Part shown: positions 10,864 through 24,621 of the stretch, in pieces
How positions within the stretch are numbered: the stretch's first letter is position 1
Layout: each line of letters opens with the position of its first letter
Assembly: GCA_037447605.1 (NCBI GenBank)
Contig: CM074809.1
Coordinates: 1,168,689 to 1,232,688 of the forward strand
Source: Zygnema circumcarinatum SAG 698-1b
Taxonomy: Eukaryota; Plantae; Zygnematophyceae
DNA: 64,000 bases
Direction: 5' to 3'
Program-made: the position numbers and the translations under genes
The notes under the pieces: generated by a model
Database searches by the model: none
What the model was told of the DNA's origin: nothing
Seen by the model: only the letters and a program-made list of their open reading frames with translations

Positions 10864-11262
10864 GAGGAAGAGGGTGAGGGAGAGAGGGAGAGAGGGAGAG
10901 ACGGGGAGATGGTGAGAGAAAGACGAAGAGAGGTGGGATGAGAGAGATAGGAAGAGGGAGAGGGAGGGAGAGAGGGATGAGGGGGGGCTAGAGAGGGAAG
11001 CAGGGAGAGTGGGAGGAAGAGAGGGAGAGGGAGAGTGAGAGGAAGAGAGGGAGAGGGAGAGATGGGGGACGAGAGATAAGGAGAGAGAGGAGTGGGAAAG
11101 GAAGAGGGAGAGGGAGAGAGGAGGGGGAGGGAGGGAGAGAGGGAGGGCGAGAGGGTGAGGGAGGGAGAGAGGTTGGGGAGAGGGAGAGGGAGAGAGGAGG
11201 GAGAGATGGGAGAGAGTGGGAGAGGAGGGAAAGAGAGGCAGAGAAAGAAAGCGAGAGAGGCA
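10864..11262 (+). repeat. Long polypurine (GA-rich) low-complexity tract
   Basis: ~400 bp almost entirely G/A; it produces spurious Ser/Pro/Leu and Gly/Glu/Arg ORFs. Confidence 0.9.
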
Positions 11263-11654
11263 GTCATGGGAGACGCTAAAGGTGCGACAGCCATGGACAT
11301 ATCTCAACGAAGGAGGCACATGTGATGAGGACCAAGTTCTTTCAGTTGAAAAGAATTAGGTTAAACCGACACTTCAGGGTTAAGGGCTTTTTAAGGTCAG
11401 CGCCAAAAACGGTGAAGGGCTCAGACAGCAATCATGAAATAAATTGAATGATTCGCCGGGGAAGTGAAAGTGAATGATGAAATGAAACTGAACTGAAACT
11501 GAAACTGAAACTGAACTGAAACAGGATTAGAAGTAAAACTGAATCTGACTGACAATTTTGAGCCTACACGGAAAGAGATAGAAAGCGAATGCCCACATTT
11601 GGGGGCAGAGCTTGGGCGTTCACGTCCTTTATTTTTTCTGATAGCAGCCACAAA

Positions 11655-11990
11655 GTAGGAGAAAGATGGAGTTGGGGAGAGAGAGAGCGAGTGAGAGACA
11701 GGGAGAGGGAAGTGAGGGGGAGGGAGACGAGGAGCGAGAGAGGTAGAGAGAGAGAGAGAGGAGAGGGAGAGGGAGAGGGAGAGGGTGAGGGAGAGGGTGA
11801 GGGAGAGGGTGAGGGAGAGGGTGAGGGAGAGGGAGAGGATGAGGGTGAGGGGGTTATGGCAAAGAGAGGGCAGAGGGAATGGTTGAGGCAGAGAGAGAGA
11901 GAGAGATATAGAGAGAAAGGGATAGAAAGAGACACAGAAAGAGATAGGGAGAGGTGGACGAGGGAGAGGGAAGGGTGGGTCTCTGTAGGT
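11655..11990 (+). repeat. GA-rich tract with (GAGGGA/GAGGGT)n core
   Basis: Visible hexamer repeats at 11760-11850. A (TGAAC/TGAAAC)n run lies just upstream at ~11480-11520. Confidence 0.9.
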
Positions 11991-12739
11991 TGACTGAAAT
12001 GGAGTTGACCTAAAGTCCAAAAACCTTTCAATGTATTACGGCCAGTTGGTTCTTCCGCCTCTTCCTTGAGCTTCTATGTGTCGGCTGTTCCATAGTCCGC
12101 ATAGCCTCTGTCGGCTTCAACGCATACATCCGCACCTGAAATAGCCCTGCTAGAAATTTCCGTTGCAACTGGAGGAGAAAAAGGACATGGAGAGGGGAGG
12201 AGAAGGGAGATATACTGTAAATATTATTGGAAAACAATACTCTACCCACGCCACATGGCGCCTCGCCATTGGCTGGCCCTGCTGCCGGTCCCTTACACTA
12301 GTAAAGGGTTTGAAGGGGGAAGCGGAGGGGCATAGGCGAGATGAAGGAGCTCGTTGGAAACGAGTATTGAAAGAAGGAGCAAGGAGGTTGAGAAACCGCC
12401 TTTGCGACAACTTCCAAGAAAGAGACAATTCGAAAGCGAACTATACCACAAGATAAAACTAATTGCACGAAGGATTTGACATTTAGCGATGTCGATCGGT
12501 TTGGTCTCCTCTTTGCCGAAATGTGAAGATACCATCCTGCAATCATCAAACATAATATTGAGGGCCTTTCCATAATTAGAAGTTGCTCATCAAGCATTTA
12601 ACCGCTTACCTGCTCCAAAGAAACAGTACAAGAATGAGCAAACTTAAATCCGTTATAACTATCATCATAACCCTATAAACACCCTCATACACCGAGTTGT
12701 AATAGATACTTTCTGCAATGATATCGAGCCTACAGTCCT

Positions 12740-15700
12740 TTATGCCTCAGTGAGACAGACAAGAAGGGAGGGAAGAGTGGTAAAAGCAACAAAAGGAAGG
12801 GAGCACAGAAACAATTCTACAAGCAGAGTAAAAACAGCATAAAGTTTATAGAGCTGATCTCCCTCCATGTTAAGAAAAAACATGCTGGGCAGCAACAAGA
12901 TGCTGACCGGTTCTATGGTAAACTGCTCAATGCTGTTTGACGGTGGTAGTTGCCACTCAGCTTGAAATACTTGTACACTGTTGATCCCTGGACCCATATC
13001 CCACAAACCAAAGGTTACACTCTGACATTGATGTAGCTTGTGGAGTTTGACCCATGATAAAGACAAGCTTTTAATCACATAAAGACATCAACTGCAGGGT
13101 GCTGCCAACAATAAAATGTAGACTGTTGAACCTCACCTCATGGGCTATTTGACAGCTTACATTTCTGGATAATCACAAGCATGATTGATTCCCTTTTATT
13201 TCTCAACAACTTATGCCTCTTGAAAACTTAGATGTTACTAGATCACTGGCACCTAACCTTAAATACCAACTAGCCAGACACCTTTCTGTATACAAGTGGC
13301 CAAATGAAGGCATCTCTTGAGGAAATCAATCTGTTCCTTCAGAAATAGCTACTCTATCCCTCAAAAACATCCAAATCATAGTAGGGAACATACAGGGGGT
13401 ATCGTCCACCCATTTCATATTGCAAATATGAAACTTCAACAAAAACTCTCAGCCACAAAGTGACCATTTTTTCAGAGGGATCCGCTCCCGTGCTAGATCA
13501 TACCTTTGGGAGTTGATGCTAGCACCTCCAGCAGAACCCGATGTGTGACATAATCCTGCCGATGAAAAACAGTCACACTTTCAGTCAAGTTCATACAACA
13601 AGCTCATTAACTGAGACAAGGCAGAACTAACCGGCAGCTTCGCCTGCAACTCCTATTGCACTTTCTGAACCGTACATACAGCTGGTAAGGTGACTGCCGA
13701 ATACAAAACATAGCCAAAACAAAGCAACAGCAAACAAATGGAACAATGAAACATCAAGAACTTTGGAGTCACGCGGTCTCAGCTTCCACAGGCTTCCACA
13801 TGGTTTCATCAATGAAGACAGTGTAACTTCTCCTTTTCGGCAGACTGTTTACCATAAAGCAGTAGGAAAGCTGCTCGAAATGCCACTTGACATACAATAA
13901 TTTTAAAGTCCAAATTGAATGCAGGTGTTTTTCACACAACACATTTGGCTAGAGTTGACTTCTTTGTAGGAGAAATAAGAATAGTTTTGACCTGCCAAAC
14001 GGCCGGCATGAAGTTCTGACGGCCGCTGTCATTCCTACGGCGCCAAACATCAGAAGCCCCTCCATGGTCGGCATTGAACACTTGATCGTTGCTACCAGAG
14101 AAGCTATCGGATCTAAAGGGAGCGGATGGACTGGAAAGGAATCCTCTTGTTGCAACAACAAAGAGTCTATAAGAATGTCCAAGCTGGCTAAGCTCGTTCA
14201 CAACTGCATCTGCCACTACAGGTAGACTTAACGGCCGGCCACTGCACACACACATCGAAAAGCTACAAAATCACATTAGCTGAACTACTTCGCATTATGA
14301 AAGCAAAAAAGGATACTACTTTGTTTGCAGAAGGTCCGTAATAAGTAGGTAACATTGTTAAGTCAAAGCTCAACTACACAAGCCGAAAGTTCCATCTCCT
14401 AGGATTTTCAACTTAGTTCCTGGTGTTGCTAAAGTAGGCCAATTAAACACAAGTTGAAGAACTTTGATGCACTTTCTGCTGACCTGGGTCCTGCAGCAGG
14501 TGCTGGGGTTGTGCTTGTTCGGGCTGCTCGATCCATCCAGTAGTATGCAGAAATGCTGTACAGGTGAACGAGAGCCATCTCCAAAGGGATCATTAGCAAG
14601 TTGAAAGAACACGATATTTGTTGTAGGCTCACACATGGGGTAAGGCTAATTTCACAGACACATATTTCTTTCACTCATCCGCATATGCAAACCGCAAAAG
14701 GTGAGTGGTCAATGCACGACTTGCTTTATATAAATGCCCCAAAGAGTTAGCGCTTGCAACAAACTGTCATATGTACTAATTGAAGAATGCAGATGAAGTC
14801 TAATGGAAACAGCAATAAGGAGCCATAAACAAGTAGTGCAGCAATTCTGCATAAAGCATGAAAGCTGGGATACCTGTCAATCAGCACCAACTGCGTCTTC
14901 GAAAGAATGTCTGAATCCAATCGCCTAAAAATCGGCCTGACCGTCTGCAAGAGCCGGCCAAAGGCACAAAACAACCTCAATCTATCTGCTTCGCTGACAA
15001 GTTGCACTTGTTCCAATCAAATGCTAGCATAAGCGAAGCATCTCGCCTTTCAAGAACCAAGCTTGCCACAATCAACAAAACAAGCTGCTATGGGAGTAGT
15101 CCACAGGCCGGATCAGCTGAGCCAAAAGCTGAGAGGTATCTGTCAGCATAGGCAAAACATTCATGGCTAAAGAAAGGCACTGAAGCCCTGATGACCACTG
15201 TCAAACATATGCTCCTACCCTACTATGATCAAGAATGTCCTGATTGTGAAAAGTGAGGAGTAATTTGACTTGCCAATGATCACTCTTCGCTCTCAGCCTC
15301 TAGTAATGTGAGTCATTGTTAATGGCAGGATTTCAATTCGTAAGTACCTTTAAGGCGGCCAAGAACTGGAAACTACTATGGCATCGGAGCAGGTGAAATC
15401 GTTCCAAACACGATAGCACGAGCGGGTGGTAACCAGGGCTTCCAGCCGCATGAAAAGACAGCTGTCCTTTGGAAAAGTTCTGCTCTCCTGTTGAAAACGA
15501 CTTCGCCTCTCCAAATGAAAAGGGCGGATAACCTTGTGCCCCTGCCAACACAAGGGAATTACAAATATTGATGATCGATGATAAAATAGAAATTTCTGTG
15601 GACACCGGCTTAGATTCTTTCAAATATTTTTTTCAGAATAGCTAAATGTCTGAGGACGCTTTCAGTGTGCCGGTGTTGCCAGATCACATTGCAACTGATT

Positions 15701-16681
15701 TCCACCGAAACCATTGCAGTCTACTTCTCTCATGGAATCGAGTTGGAGTCAATATACATTATTGCAAGCCATCACGTTTATGCTTCCAACTGCAGCGTAA
15801 TGCCAGCAAAAAGGACACCGACACTGACACAGAGAGCATTTCGGCTGGCAAAAATTTACAAGAGCTAGCAACAAAATATTGACCTATGCAAATTGTCCGA
15901 AACGAGCTAGAAAAAAATGATTTAAAAGGATTTCTGAAGGTTTTCAAAAGATTTCTATTATATTTGAATTACAACATGGAGAAATAACGTTTGCATAGTC
16001 AAAAAGCTGTAAGAGGTGAGTCATTACTGCGAGCTCCATTAATGCGTGTGTGTAGAAGTTGAAGAAGTCGCAACACATCGACTCGACAATCCAAATCAAA
16101 GAAGAAAACGGCCCCTCCTAAGCCGCCATAAACGACCTTTTCCCACTGCTTGGGAAGAATGCAGGTTACTGCAATCTGGCACCATCGACCTCGCCTTTTT
16201 TTCGTCAAATTGGCTCCATTCCATTAAAATAGCATCTGCAAACTCTCAACTACGTGTATACTGCTTTGATTTCAAGTCTTCAGTAAAAGATAAATGGAAA
16301 GCTTGGATGTCTGCTGCCCATAAGCCCAACTCTGATATAAACTTTTCAAGACTTTTACACTTCTTCAGTTCTTCTTCTGTTCTTCTTCTGTTCTTCTTCT
16401 GTTCTTCTTCTGTTCTTCTGAACTCCTCCTCTACTTCACTATGCTTGCCCACTCAGAAAAGCTTCCATGCTTGCCTGCAAGAGAGCTTGTGTCTTCCCGC
16501 TCCCGGAGGCGCCATGGATTTCAAGAACATGTCCTGCTTGAAGGGCCTCCCTGTCCAGAAACGGCACGGACGTCCAGAAAGGCTCCACGTGGCTTCTTGC
16601 CAGGAAAGTTGCAGCGCTTTCATCAGGAAGAACGAAGTGCTGCATCTCATCTGCAAATTCATCCTCCTCGGGGGCCTCCAT
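12740..16681 (-). CDS. XRCC2: RAD51 paralogue XRCC2 (multi-exon)
   Basis: Exons read PDESAATFLAR..GHVLEIHGASGSGKTQALLQ (Walker A), CILPKQWEKVVYGGLGGAVFFFDLDCRVDVLRL, CLERFHLLRCHSSFQFLAALK, LVLID/SISAYYWMDR, VVNELSQL..FMPAVWQ and FQAEWQLPP..EQFTI, matching plant XRCC2. The 3' end is approximate. Confidence 0.85.
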
Positions 16682-17864
16682 GGCTGGCGCAAGGCCCTTG
16701 CAGGACTTTCAAGACAAGCTGAGTGATCGCCTGGAGGCTTGGAACGTTCTCCAGCGCAAGTTTGGACAGCAGATTGGCGTTTGGAAAAGAACGAGATGTT
16801 GTGATGATTTCTACTGTTCGTTGCCGGTACTAAAAACAGTTTGCAGTAGATGAATGTAATAAGAAGACACATAATTCGTAGGCAAGCTGGATGCTCACAG
16901 TTCGTGCCGAGGGATAGCCATATTCAAGATATTTCCTCTGTTGTTTTAAAAAAATAACGAGTTCTGGATGGTGTCCAGCTGGAGCCAGAGGCTCCTAAGG
17001 AAGGACAAGAGTGTGCCGATTAATGGCTATAAGTTTGTGAGGTATTCGATTTTCAGCCATGTTGAGCGAGACAACCTTTTGCATCGAAGGTCGGAGAGGA
17101 GCAGTGGCTCTGTTAACGAGCCGAATGAAGGTGAATGCTCTGTTTAATACCCCCCTTTCCTTTTTCATTTTTCAAGAAGAAAAACTTGTCCTTTACGAAT
17201 CAGCACAAAATCAACTGATCAATACCGAGCTTGTGTGGTGTTATGAATGTTCGTTGAATTAAAAAGGGCGCTAGTAATAAGTTTGTCTCTTCTACCCTGT
17301 CTTCTGGCTTTGGTGTGGACGCTTATACAAAATATGCTGCATCTTTGGCGTTCTTTTGGTCAGTTTTCTGATACAAAGAGCCAGCTGTAAGGAAAGTGTT
17401 ATTTCCAGTCAAAATGGCTCATGTGTATTGACCTAATCAGTTATTTGCCTCTCGTAACTGCGCTAAGATTTCCTTTTTAATCGCCTTGCATTTTTCTGTG
17501 CAGTCCTTTTCACCGTCAGCAAATCACGGGATATTGGTATCTCGCAAGACATTGTCATTCGCTCGAACTCTGTGCCTATCCGCTTCTTGAGCAGGTGACT
17601 GAAGTGTTGCTTTAACCGGATTATTATCGGATGAGAGTCTCGTTCTCTACCTTTTCTTGCCATATGGAATGTTCCTGCTTCAATGAGTCGAAGGCGTCGA
17701 AGCTCTAAGTCCCTAATGGCTCTATCTTGAAACAGTATCAGTAGCTGCTCAAAGGCTTGAACTCTATTTTCTGCCAGCATTCTCTTAATTTAGAGTTTCT
17801 GCTTTTTCGAGCCTGCCGTTGAGGATGTCATCTGTTTTTTTGAAATCATAAAATTAATTCTTTA

Positions 17865-20800
17865 GCAAGGTTGGAGCACATTGCAGCAATTTCAACTCCG
17901 ATTCCGCCTGTAGACATTGCAAGTTTCCAGCGTGGGCGCGGGAAAGCGAAACCTGGCAAAAGGGCGACCCTGGAGACCCCTTCAGCAAAGATTTTAGATT
18001 TCCTAAAACAAGGCATTCGGGGTTTGAAGGTGTTAGGAACTTTAGCATACGCAGTAGCAGCAATGTGGCTAATCGCGGTAAACCAACACTGGCCGAGCGT
18101 AGACTGTCCCCTCCTGGGATCAAAAACAACTCGCCGGATGTTCATTCTCCAGGTCGGATCAAAAATGTGTCTTCTCTTGGCAGCAAGTCGGATCTATGGG
18201 ATTCATACGACCCTAAAGCTATTGCTGATTACTATCGCTGGCGACCGTTGTCCGTTTTTCTGAGGGCTGCAAGCGTCACTTCCGAAATTGTTATGCTGCG
18301 CCTTTGGAGATACTTTGAGCCTGATATTGCTAAACGGGCAGTAAAGGTGCGGTCTTGCCCAATATCCACGAGATAGACAAGACGAGACTTGTCGAAACTG
18401 ACAAGTTTTGCCATAGTGTCGAGAGTTTTTCACCAGATTAGGTTAGCGAGGAAGGAAATTCAGTGACGTGGGAGATCACAGGCTGGTTTAAGCTAGATAC
18501 TAGCGTCGTATAGGCTTACAATTTTGGTCAATTTTGGTTTTGCTTGAAGCCGGGTAAGTTCTGGTACTGGTTTCTTCTTGTTGTCAGTGCTCTGTGAGCA
18601 CGTAGAAATCTGCTTTAAACGAATTTGGGTGTTTTGCAGAGCAGCTCGCCTGTCCCTCATCTCTTGCAATGTCTCGCCTTATTTTGATTTGGGCCGTTTG
18701 AGGGGGAGTGATCTGGCAGCTTCGACAAAGCCTCATTCGGCTCGGCCCCTTTTACATCAAGGTAACAACGATCAATAGCCATTGCCAAAGCAAAACAGTC
18801 TAAGTTGCGTCAGGGTATAATTCCTCATTGAGTACTTCCAGTCTCGGCGGAAGAATGCTCCGAGACATGCAGGTTCTCACGTGAAGCATGAACCAACCAA
18901 ATATGATTGATTGATTCTTTTTTTTTTTTTTTTTTTTTTTCATGCTGATTGTATCTTACCTGTTGTTTATGTCTTTGTGGTGAGGGGCAGATAGGCCAAG
19001 CTCTGGCCACCCGCCCCGATGTGTTGCCGGGTATCTACTGCCAAGAGTTGGCCAAGTTGCAGGACCAAATTCCCCCTTTTCCAACATCTCTTGCACTGAC
19101 TTTCTTGGAAGCTGAACTTGGCGTTCCTCCTTCTGAAGTCTTCGCAGAAATATCACCAGAGCCGGTTGCTGCCGCTTCTCTAGGGCAGGTCTACCGCGGT
19201 GAGAATTTTCTGTTCAGACCTTCAGAACTAGTTTTGATGCGTCCAATGCAGACACTGAAAGAGCATGTTATGAAGGTTGTAGGCTCCTGCAACTCATTTT
19301 GCATCTAACTGGTATTGTGGGGCTTTATTGTGTTTGCATTGTTCGCAGCTCGTCTACAATCTGGAGAGAATGTGGCTGTAAAGGTGCAACGACCCGGGCT
19401 TGTCAGTCGGCTCGCACTGGATGCTCATCTGCTGCGAATTATTGCAGCTCGGTTGCAGCATTATTTTAAGGCTAACTCAGATCTGGTTGCACTCGTAGAT
19501 GAGTTGGTACGCTTCCCACCTTCCTGCGTGTGATGAATGCAATTTGCTCCAAATCAGGTTGTGTTTCTTTGGATCGAGTTTCATTCTAGATCTCTTCTTT
19601 TTGGCATGATTGCTTGGCAGTTGGTACTTTCAAATCCGTCAATACGTGGCAGCTCTTAGATGTCGTCCTCCATCCTCAACATCTCTGTCTATGCGTTCTT
19701 TTTGCATGCCCTCCCTCTCTCCCTCTCTCCCTCTCTCTCTCTCTCCCTCTCTCCCTCTCTCCCTCTCCCTCTCCCTCTCTCCCTCTCCCTCTCCCTCTCT
19801 CCCTCTCTCCCTCTCTCCCTCTCTCCCCCTCTCCCTCTCTCTGAAGTCTTGCATTGCAATGGCTTGTGGAGCACACGCCATCTTGACATGGCGAAAGTGC
19901 GCGATCTGGCAGGTGGGACGACTATTCGAAGAGGTGGATTACATTCGGGAAGGCAACAATGCAGAGCGATTTGCTGCTTTGTATGCGGTGGACCCAAACC
20001 TTCCTGGCCCACCTGGTAAGCTCTAGAACAATCCACCCTGCAACAATGCCATCATCACTTCCCCATGTGCCTCTTTCTTTCGTTCTTTCTTTCTTTCTTT
20101 CTTTCCTTTTTCTTTCTTTCTTTCTTTTTTCTTTCTTTCTTTATTGTGAAACAGAGACGGCAGGCTGGTCTTGACGAAGGTCTTGACCTTTACTTGGCAG
20201 GTGTTGGCGGACAAAATGCCATGGCTGAGCGTGTTGGTGGAGGGATTAAAGTGCCTGCTATTTTCTGGAAAAGCACAAGCAGGAGAGTTCTTACAATGGA
20301 GGTTTGTACTCCTGTCTGCTGACTCCTATTAGCCACCGAAAAGCCTGCAGCTTCAAGCACCCTGAAGCTTTTTCAATCGTATAGGATGCTGCTTCGTTTC
20401 TCACATTGTGTTGTAAAGGTTCAGTTTTTTTATCTGGAGCAATCACCATTGTTCCAATGGAATGGCTTTCTCGATCTTGCAGTGGATTGACAGCATCAAA
20501 CTTACAGATCACAAGGCCATCGAAGAGGCAAAGTTGGACGTGCAGCATCTGGTAGATCTGGTGAGTTAGTTGCACAAGAATTCCTTCTGTCACTTCATGG
20601 CAAGGTTGTATGACTCTTTTTCTACAGCAGACAGTTGAAGCAGGTAATTTGGTTCCTTAATTCTTATTGCCTATGCCATATGTTTGTGTAGAGATCCCAT
20701 CGCTAACAAGGGGAGGAAAAACTTAAAGTTCTGGTGTGAGCACTTCACCACTTCGTAGATATGTGTCAGCATGATGTGCTGCTTATGTATAAATTTTCGA

Positions 20801-23402
20801 AGCAGTTGCCATTCTAGGGCAACGCGCCTTTTTGACATATACCACGTGGCAAGTTACTGGAGAGCATGCTCTATGCAAATCTTTGTCTTGCAAGAAAAAT
20901 GACGTTATCACATCGTTTATGTGGTCTTGGGGCAGGGAGTAATGTGCTCTCTACGGCAGCTACTGGAGGAGGGCTTCTTCCATGCAGACCCTCATCCTGG
21001 CAATGTTGTTGCGACAAAACATGGGCAGCTTGTGTACTTCGACTTCGGGATGATGAGTGAAATGCGCCGCGAATACCGCATCGGCCTCATTCGGACGGTG
21101 CTTGCCATAACCTCTTACGAGTGCTGTTCTTCTACGGTAACCTATGTTCTCTGTTAAACTGCAGAATGGTAGGTCAAGGATAAAGGCTGAATTTTCACCT
21201 CTGTCTTTGTTTTGCTGCAGCTCGTGCACTTTGTAAATCGAGATGCTGCTGGTCTTGCAAAAGATTTCGATCTTCTTGGTTTTCTCCCTCCAGCAGCTCC
21301 ATTGGACGATATTACAGAAGCGTTGAGGGAGACTTTCGCTGCTCAAGGAAGCCGTGCAAGCATGGATTTCCAGGCAGGCATTACATTGCCAGTATCTCTC
21401 TTAGGATTTGGGAATAAGCCCAATTTGGCCATGGGAAGCTATCATCCTGAGTTCGTCCTAGATCACAGTCGAAAGTAGAGGGGTATGGGGCAACTCATTT
21501 TATGTGGGCCTGTACAAGGCATTGCGTTGAGTGACTTAAACAATAGTGTGAATATTTGTTGCATTTTGTGAACTTTTCCCCTTCTTACTGCAATATTTGT
21601 GAGACAGAAACAAGTTATAAAGCCTTGGCATGCTATGTGGGCCATTCTCTTATGCAGAGTATCATGCTGCAATTGTCTTCTGTGATGCGCGAGTTTGGTT
21701 TTCGTCTACCAGTTGAGTTTGCAATGGTGATTCGTGCTCTCGGCTCATTGGAGGGCACAGCAACTACGCTTGATCCCTCTTTCAAGGTACGTCTTTCTTG
21801 CAGACTTTTCTGTATCATCCTCAAATGGGCAACTTTCCACCGTGGTAAAGCAACCCTGCCTCAGCTCCCTGTTTAGTTTGGCTCATCGAATGCGACGTTC
21901 TGCCACCTTCCAGGTGGTGGCTTCCGCATATCCCTTCATTGTAGGGCGCCTTCTTGTGGAAGCGGGACCGGAAATGCGTGCAATTTTGCGTGAGCTTCTT
22001 ATTCGACCAGATGGTTCCATTCGTTGGAACCGTTTTGAACGACTAGTAAGTCCTAATCTCGATACCTTTGTATTGGAAACGCGTGTTTGTGGGGTAGTTG
22101 AAAGACAGGAAAACACTGTTCCTAGCAACATGTTCTTTTGAGAGACTTGGGAAGTCAGCAAAGGTCTTCTCTGCATGCACAGGAATTCAGCCACTTCCGA
22201 GACTACTATGCTAAAAAGCTGTCTTGTTGTCCACATCTACGTGACAGGTACTGGCAGTGGCCGATCAGGCTCGTCCAAATTCATTAGAGAGAGGCAAGGA
22301 AAAGCAAGAAATCCCACGTGTGGACACACTCACGGGAGTGGGACTTCGAGGAGCATTCAATAGGAGAGCAGTGGTGGCTGCTGCTGCAGACCTGTTGGAT
22401 TTTATCCTCTCAGACAATGGCGTTCTTGTCCGAGTAGGCATTGTTCGGGATGTGGTTCATGCTGCAGATGAGGTCATCCGTGAATCGCTCTATAAAAGGG
22501 TCCGTTATAGTCCTGAAGAGGTCCATGAAAACAAAGTTGAAGGGCTTAGGTCTGGAGAGAGGGGGTACGTGCAAGATGATTCTCATGCAGGAGCTAATGG
22601 GTCTGATTCAACAGAAGAAGTTGACAAAAGTGGGGAGGAGTTTCATCGGGCTGCTACGATGGCGAGCAGCAGGAGTACCTTGAGCTCAAAGTCAGAGGGA
22701 GGGTCACTGACATTGGGAGGAGTTGCAGAGAGAGAGGAAGGAACAGTTCGAGGAGTAATTCATGTTGGAGAAAAAAGCAATGGGAAAACAGAATTTGCAG
22801 GGGAAAAGCGCACCAGTGAAAGGACTGAGGATGTGGAGACAACAGAGATAGTGACTGATTTCAGCCAAAAGGAAGGAAATACAAGATCGTCGGACAAGCC
22901 TTCTAAGGTACGACTGATTCCGTTCTCCACAGCTGACATTTGATCGTCTGTAAAACTGTGTAGTAATTTTAAGAGGTTCCGAGCGAAGTAGTGTGGTTGG
23001 TACATAACGTTTCCACTGAAAACCTCCGACAACTTCTTGTCGGGAGCCTGCCTGTTGTGTTCTTCATGAAACCATGCCCTGTGTTTTAGGAGACTGACCT
23101 CAGAAACTCAGAAATGATGTAAAGATCGAAACAAAAGCAATGGCAGATGCTTATTCTTCTTGTATTCCCTGCAGGAGGATACTGCCTCAGATCGACTTGC
23201 AAGCGGTTTACGCGCAGCAGGAGCTGCCATGGGCAACGCACCCGAGCTGTGGGTGCCCCTATTGGTCCGTACGGCTACTAGGAAAGAAGCCCAAGATATG
23301 GGGGGGGCCATGCTACATGGTGTATCGGAATGCTACACAAAGGCCACTGCTGAAGCTTCCTGGTTGGCGCTCTCTTCATGGCTGCGGAAGGTCAACCGAT
23401 AG
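17865..23402 (+). CDS. ABC1K2: ABC1/UbiB atypical kinase, ABC1K2 (At5g24970)-like; start codon not resolved
   Basis: Exons read YDPKAIADYY, LIRLGPFYIK, GQALATRPDVLPGIYCQELAKLQDQIPPF..VAAASLGQVYR, VAVKVQRPG, LFEEVDYIREGNNAERFA, QLLEEGFFHADPHPGN..YFDFGMM, LVHFVNRD, IRALGSLEGTATTLDPSFK, SAYPFIVGRLL..DGSIRWNRFERL. Stop at 23402. The subfamily call is from memory of the Arabidopsis sequence. Confidence 0.85.
19709..19841 (+). repeat. Intronic (CT/CCCTCT)n microsatellite in ABC1K2
   Basis: Pure C/T run visible. Confidence 0.9.
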
Positions 23403-24621
23403 ACATCGTGCGGCTGACAGTCTTGCCATCATCATGAGGTTATGATGGCATTGGTTGTATGTAAAGGGGGCTTTATTGATCACGGGCCGGCTATTCGTGA
23501 ATGGAAAGTTGAAGCTGTGTAGGAGCTGAGTTGTACCGAGAGGTTTGGTCGGACCGATTATTAAAGGATCTGCAAAGTTGAGGGTCTTTGTCCTCCAGAT
23601 GTGGAATAAGACGCAGCATTTGCGAAGGTCGGGAGTTTTTGGCTTTGTGAACACGCGCCTGCGTTCTGTACTTCCGTCGGTGCTCTGGATGGTAACGGAA
23701 TTAGAGAGTACCACTCGGTGTCTTCTCCGCAAATGTCGATTATTGTTGTCTAAAAGTGGATATCATTCATGCTTCAGTTACTGTACATGTGTCTAGAAAT
23801 GGTCATTTTCGCCTTTCTAAATCGTTCAATATTTTCCTTGTGAACTTTTGTCTTTGTGTGTGTCGTCTTTGACGCACCGTGGCCTTTCGCTTGCGCTGCC
23901 TCTCCATTTGCCCGTTATCAGTAGTGAGGCTTCCGAATGTAGAGCTCGGACTCACCAGCCTTACTTGAAGGGTGATAAGTTACTAAACAGAGGCGTATAC
24001 ATCGCTTTTGACTGACTGAAGCGTGGCACTAAAAAGTGGTTAGATTGTCATGGAGTATTGAATAAAAAATGCTCGTCACTCACGAAGACACATTTTTAGT
24101 CACAGTTATTTTCAGATTCGTTCTACTTTTGTTTTTAGTTAGTAATTACCTGTAATTGTAGTCATTTCATCTGTAACTACTGATTACGAATCAATAAGCT
24201 CGACATTATATCGGCGAGGAAACTCTTTATCTTGCATTGTAGTTCGGTTGAGAGTGATCCAGTTTAGCATTTTTTTTTTTTTTTTTTTGTTACTTCCGAG
24301 ATGATCTGCCATCCCTAGTCTCTGGTCCTTAGGGCTTTCAGGGTGAAAGAGTAAATCAAATAGGGAGAAAGGCAATCCATCCAAGCATATGGCCGATAAA
24401 AAAAGAGGGAAATAATCGCGTCTCTTAAAAAAAATATTTACAAAAACGTACAACATGGACCTTGAGGCAAGAACCTAAGGACCTTTACATTCCTAGTGAA
24501 GCAAGCTCAGCCTATAAATAAATTTTGCAATTGCGGTTGAAGTCAACCTAAAGACATCTCACAAAAACAGTGTATTGTATTGCGCCACTTCATCTCAGAT
24601 GTCCGGCAAGACTCCGACTCC

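Noticed and set aside
10555-12031. Long ORFs (254, 199, 160, 155, 134 aa) rich in S/P/L or G/E/R
   Set aside because: They are translations of GA/CT low-complexity tracts, with no recognisable domain or splice context.
12070-12140. ADRGY string on the minus strand resembling a DDE transposase motif
   Set aside because: It is a five-residue match followed by an in-frame stop, with no other transposase motifs nearby.
17463-17780. 105-aa minus-strand ORF between XRCC2 and ABC1K2
   Set aside because: It has no recognisable motif and lies in the probable promoter/5' region of ABC1K2; it cannot be supported.
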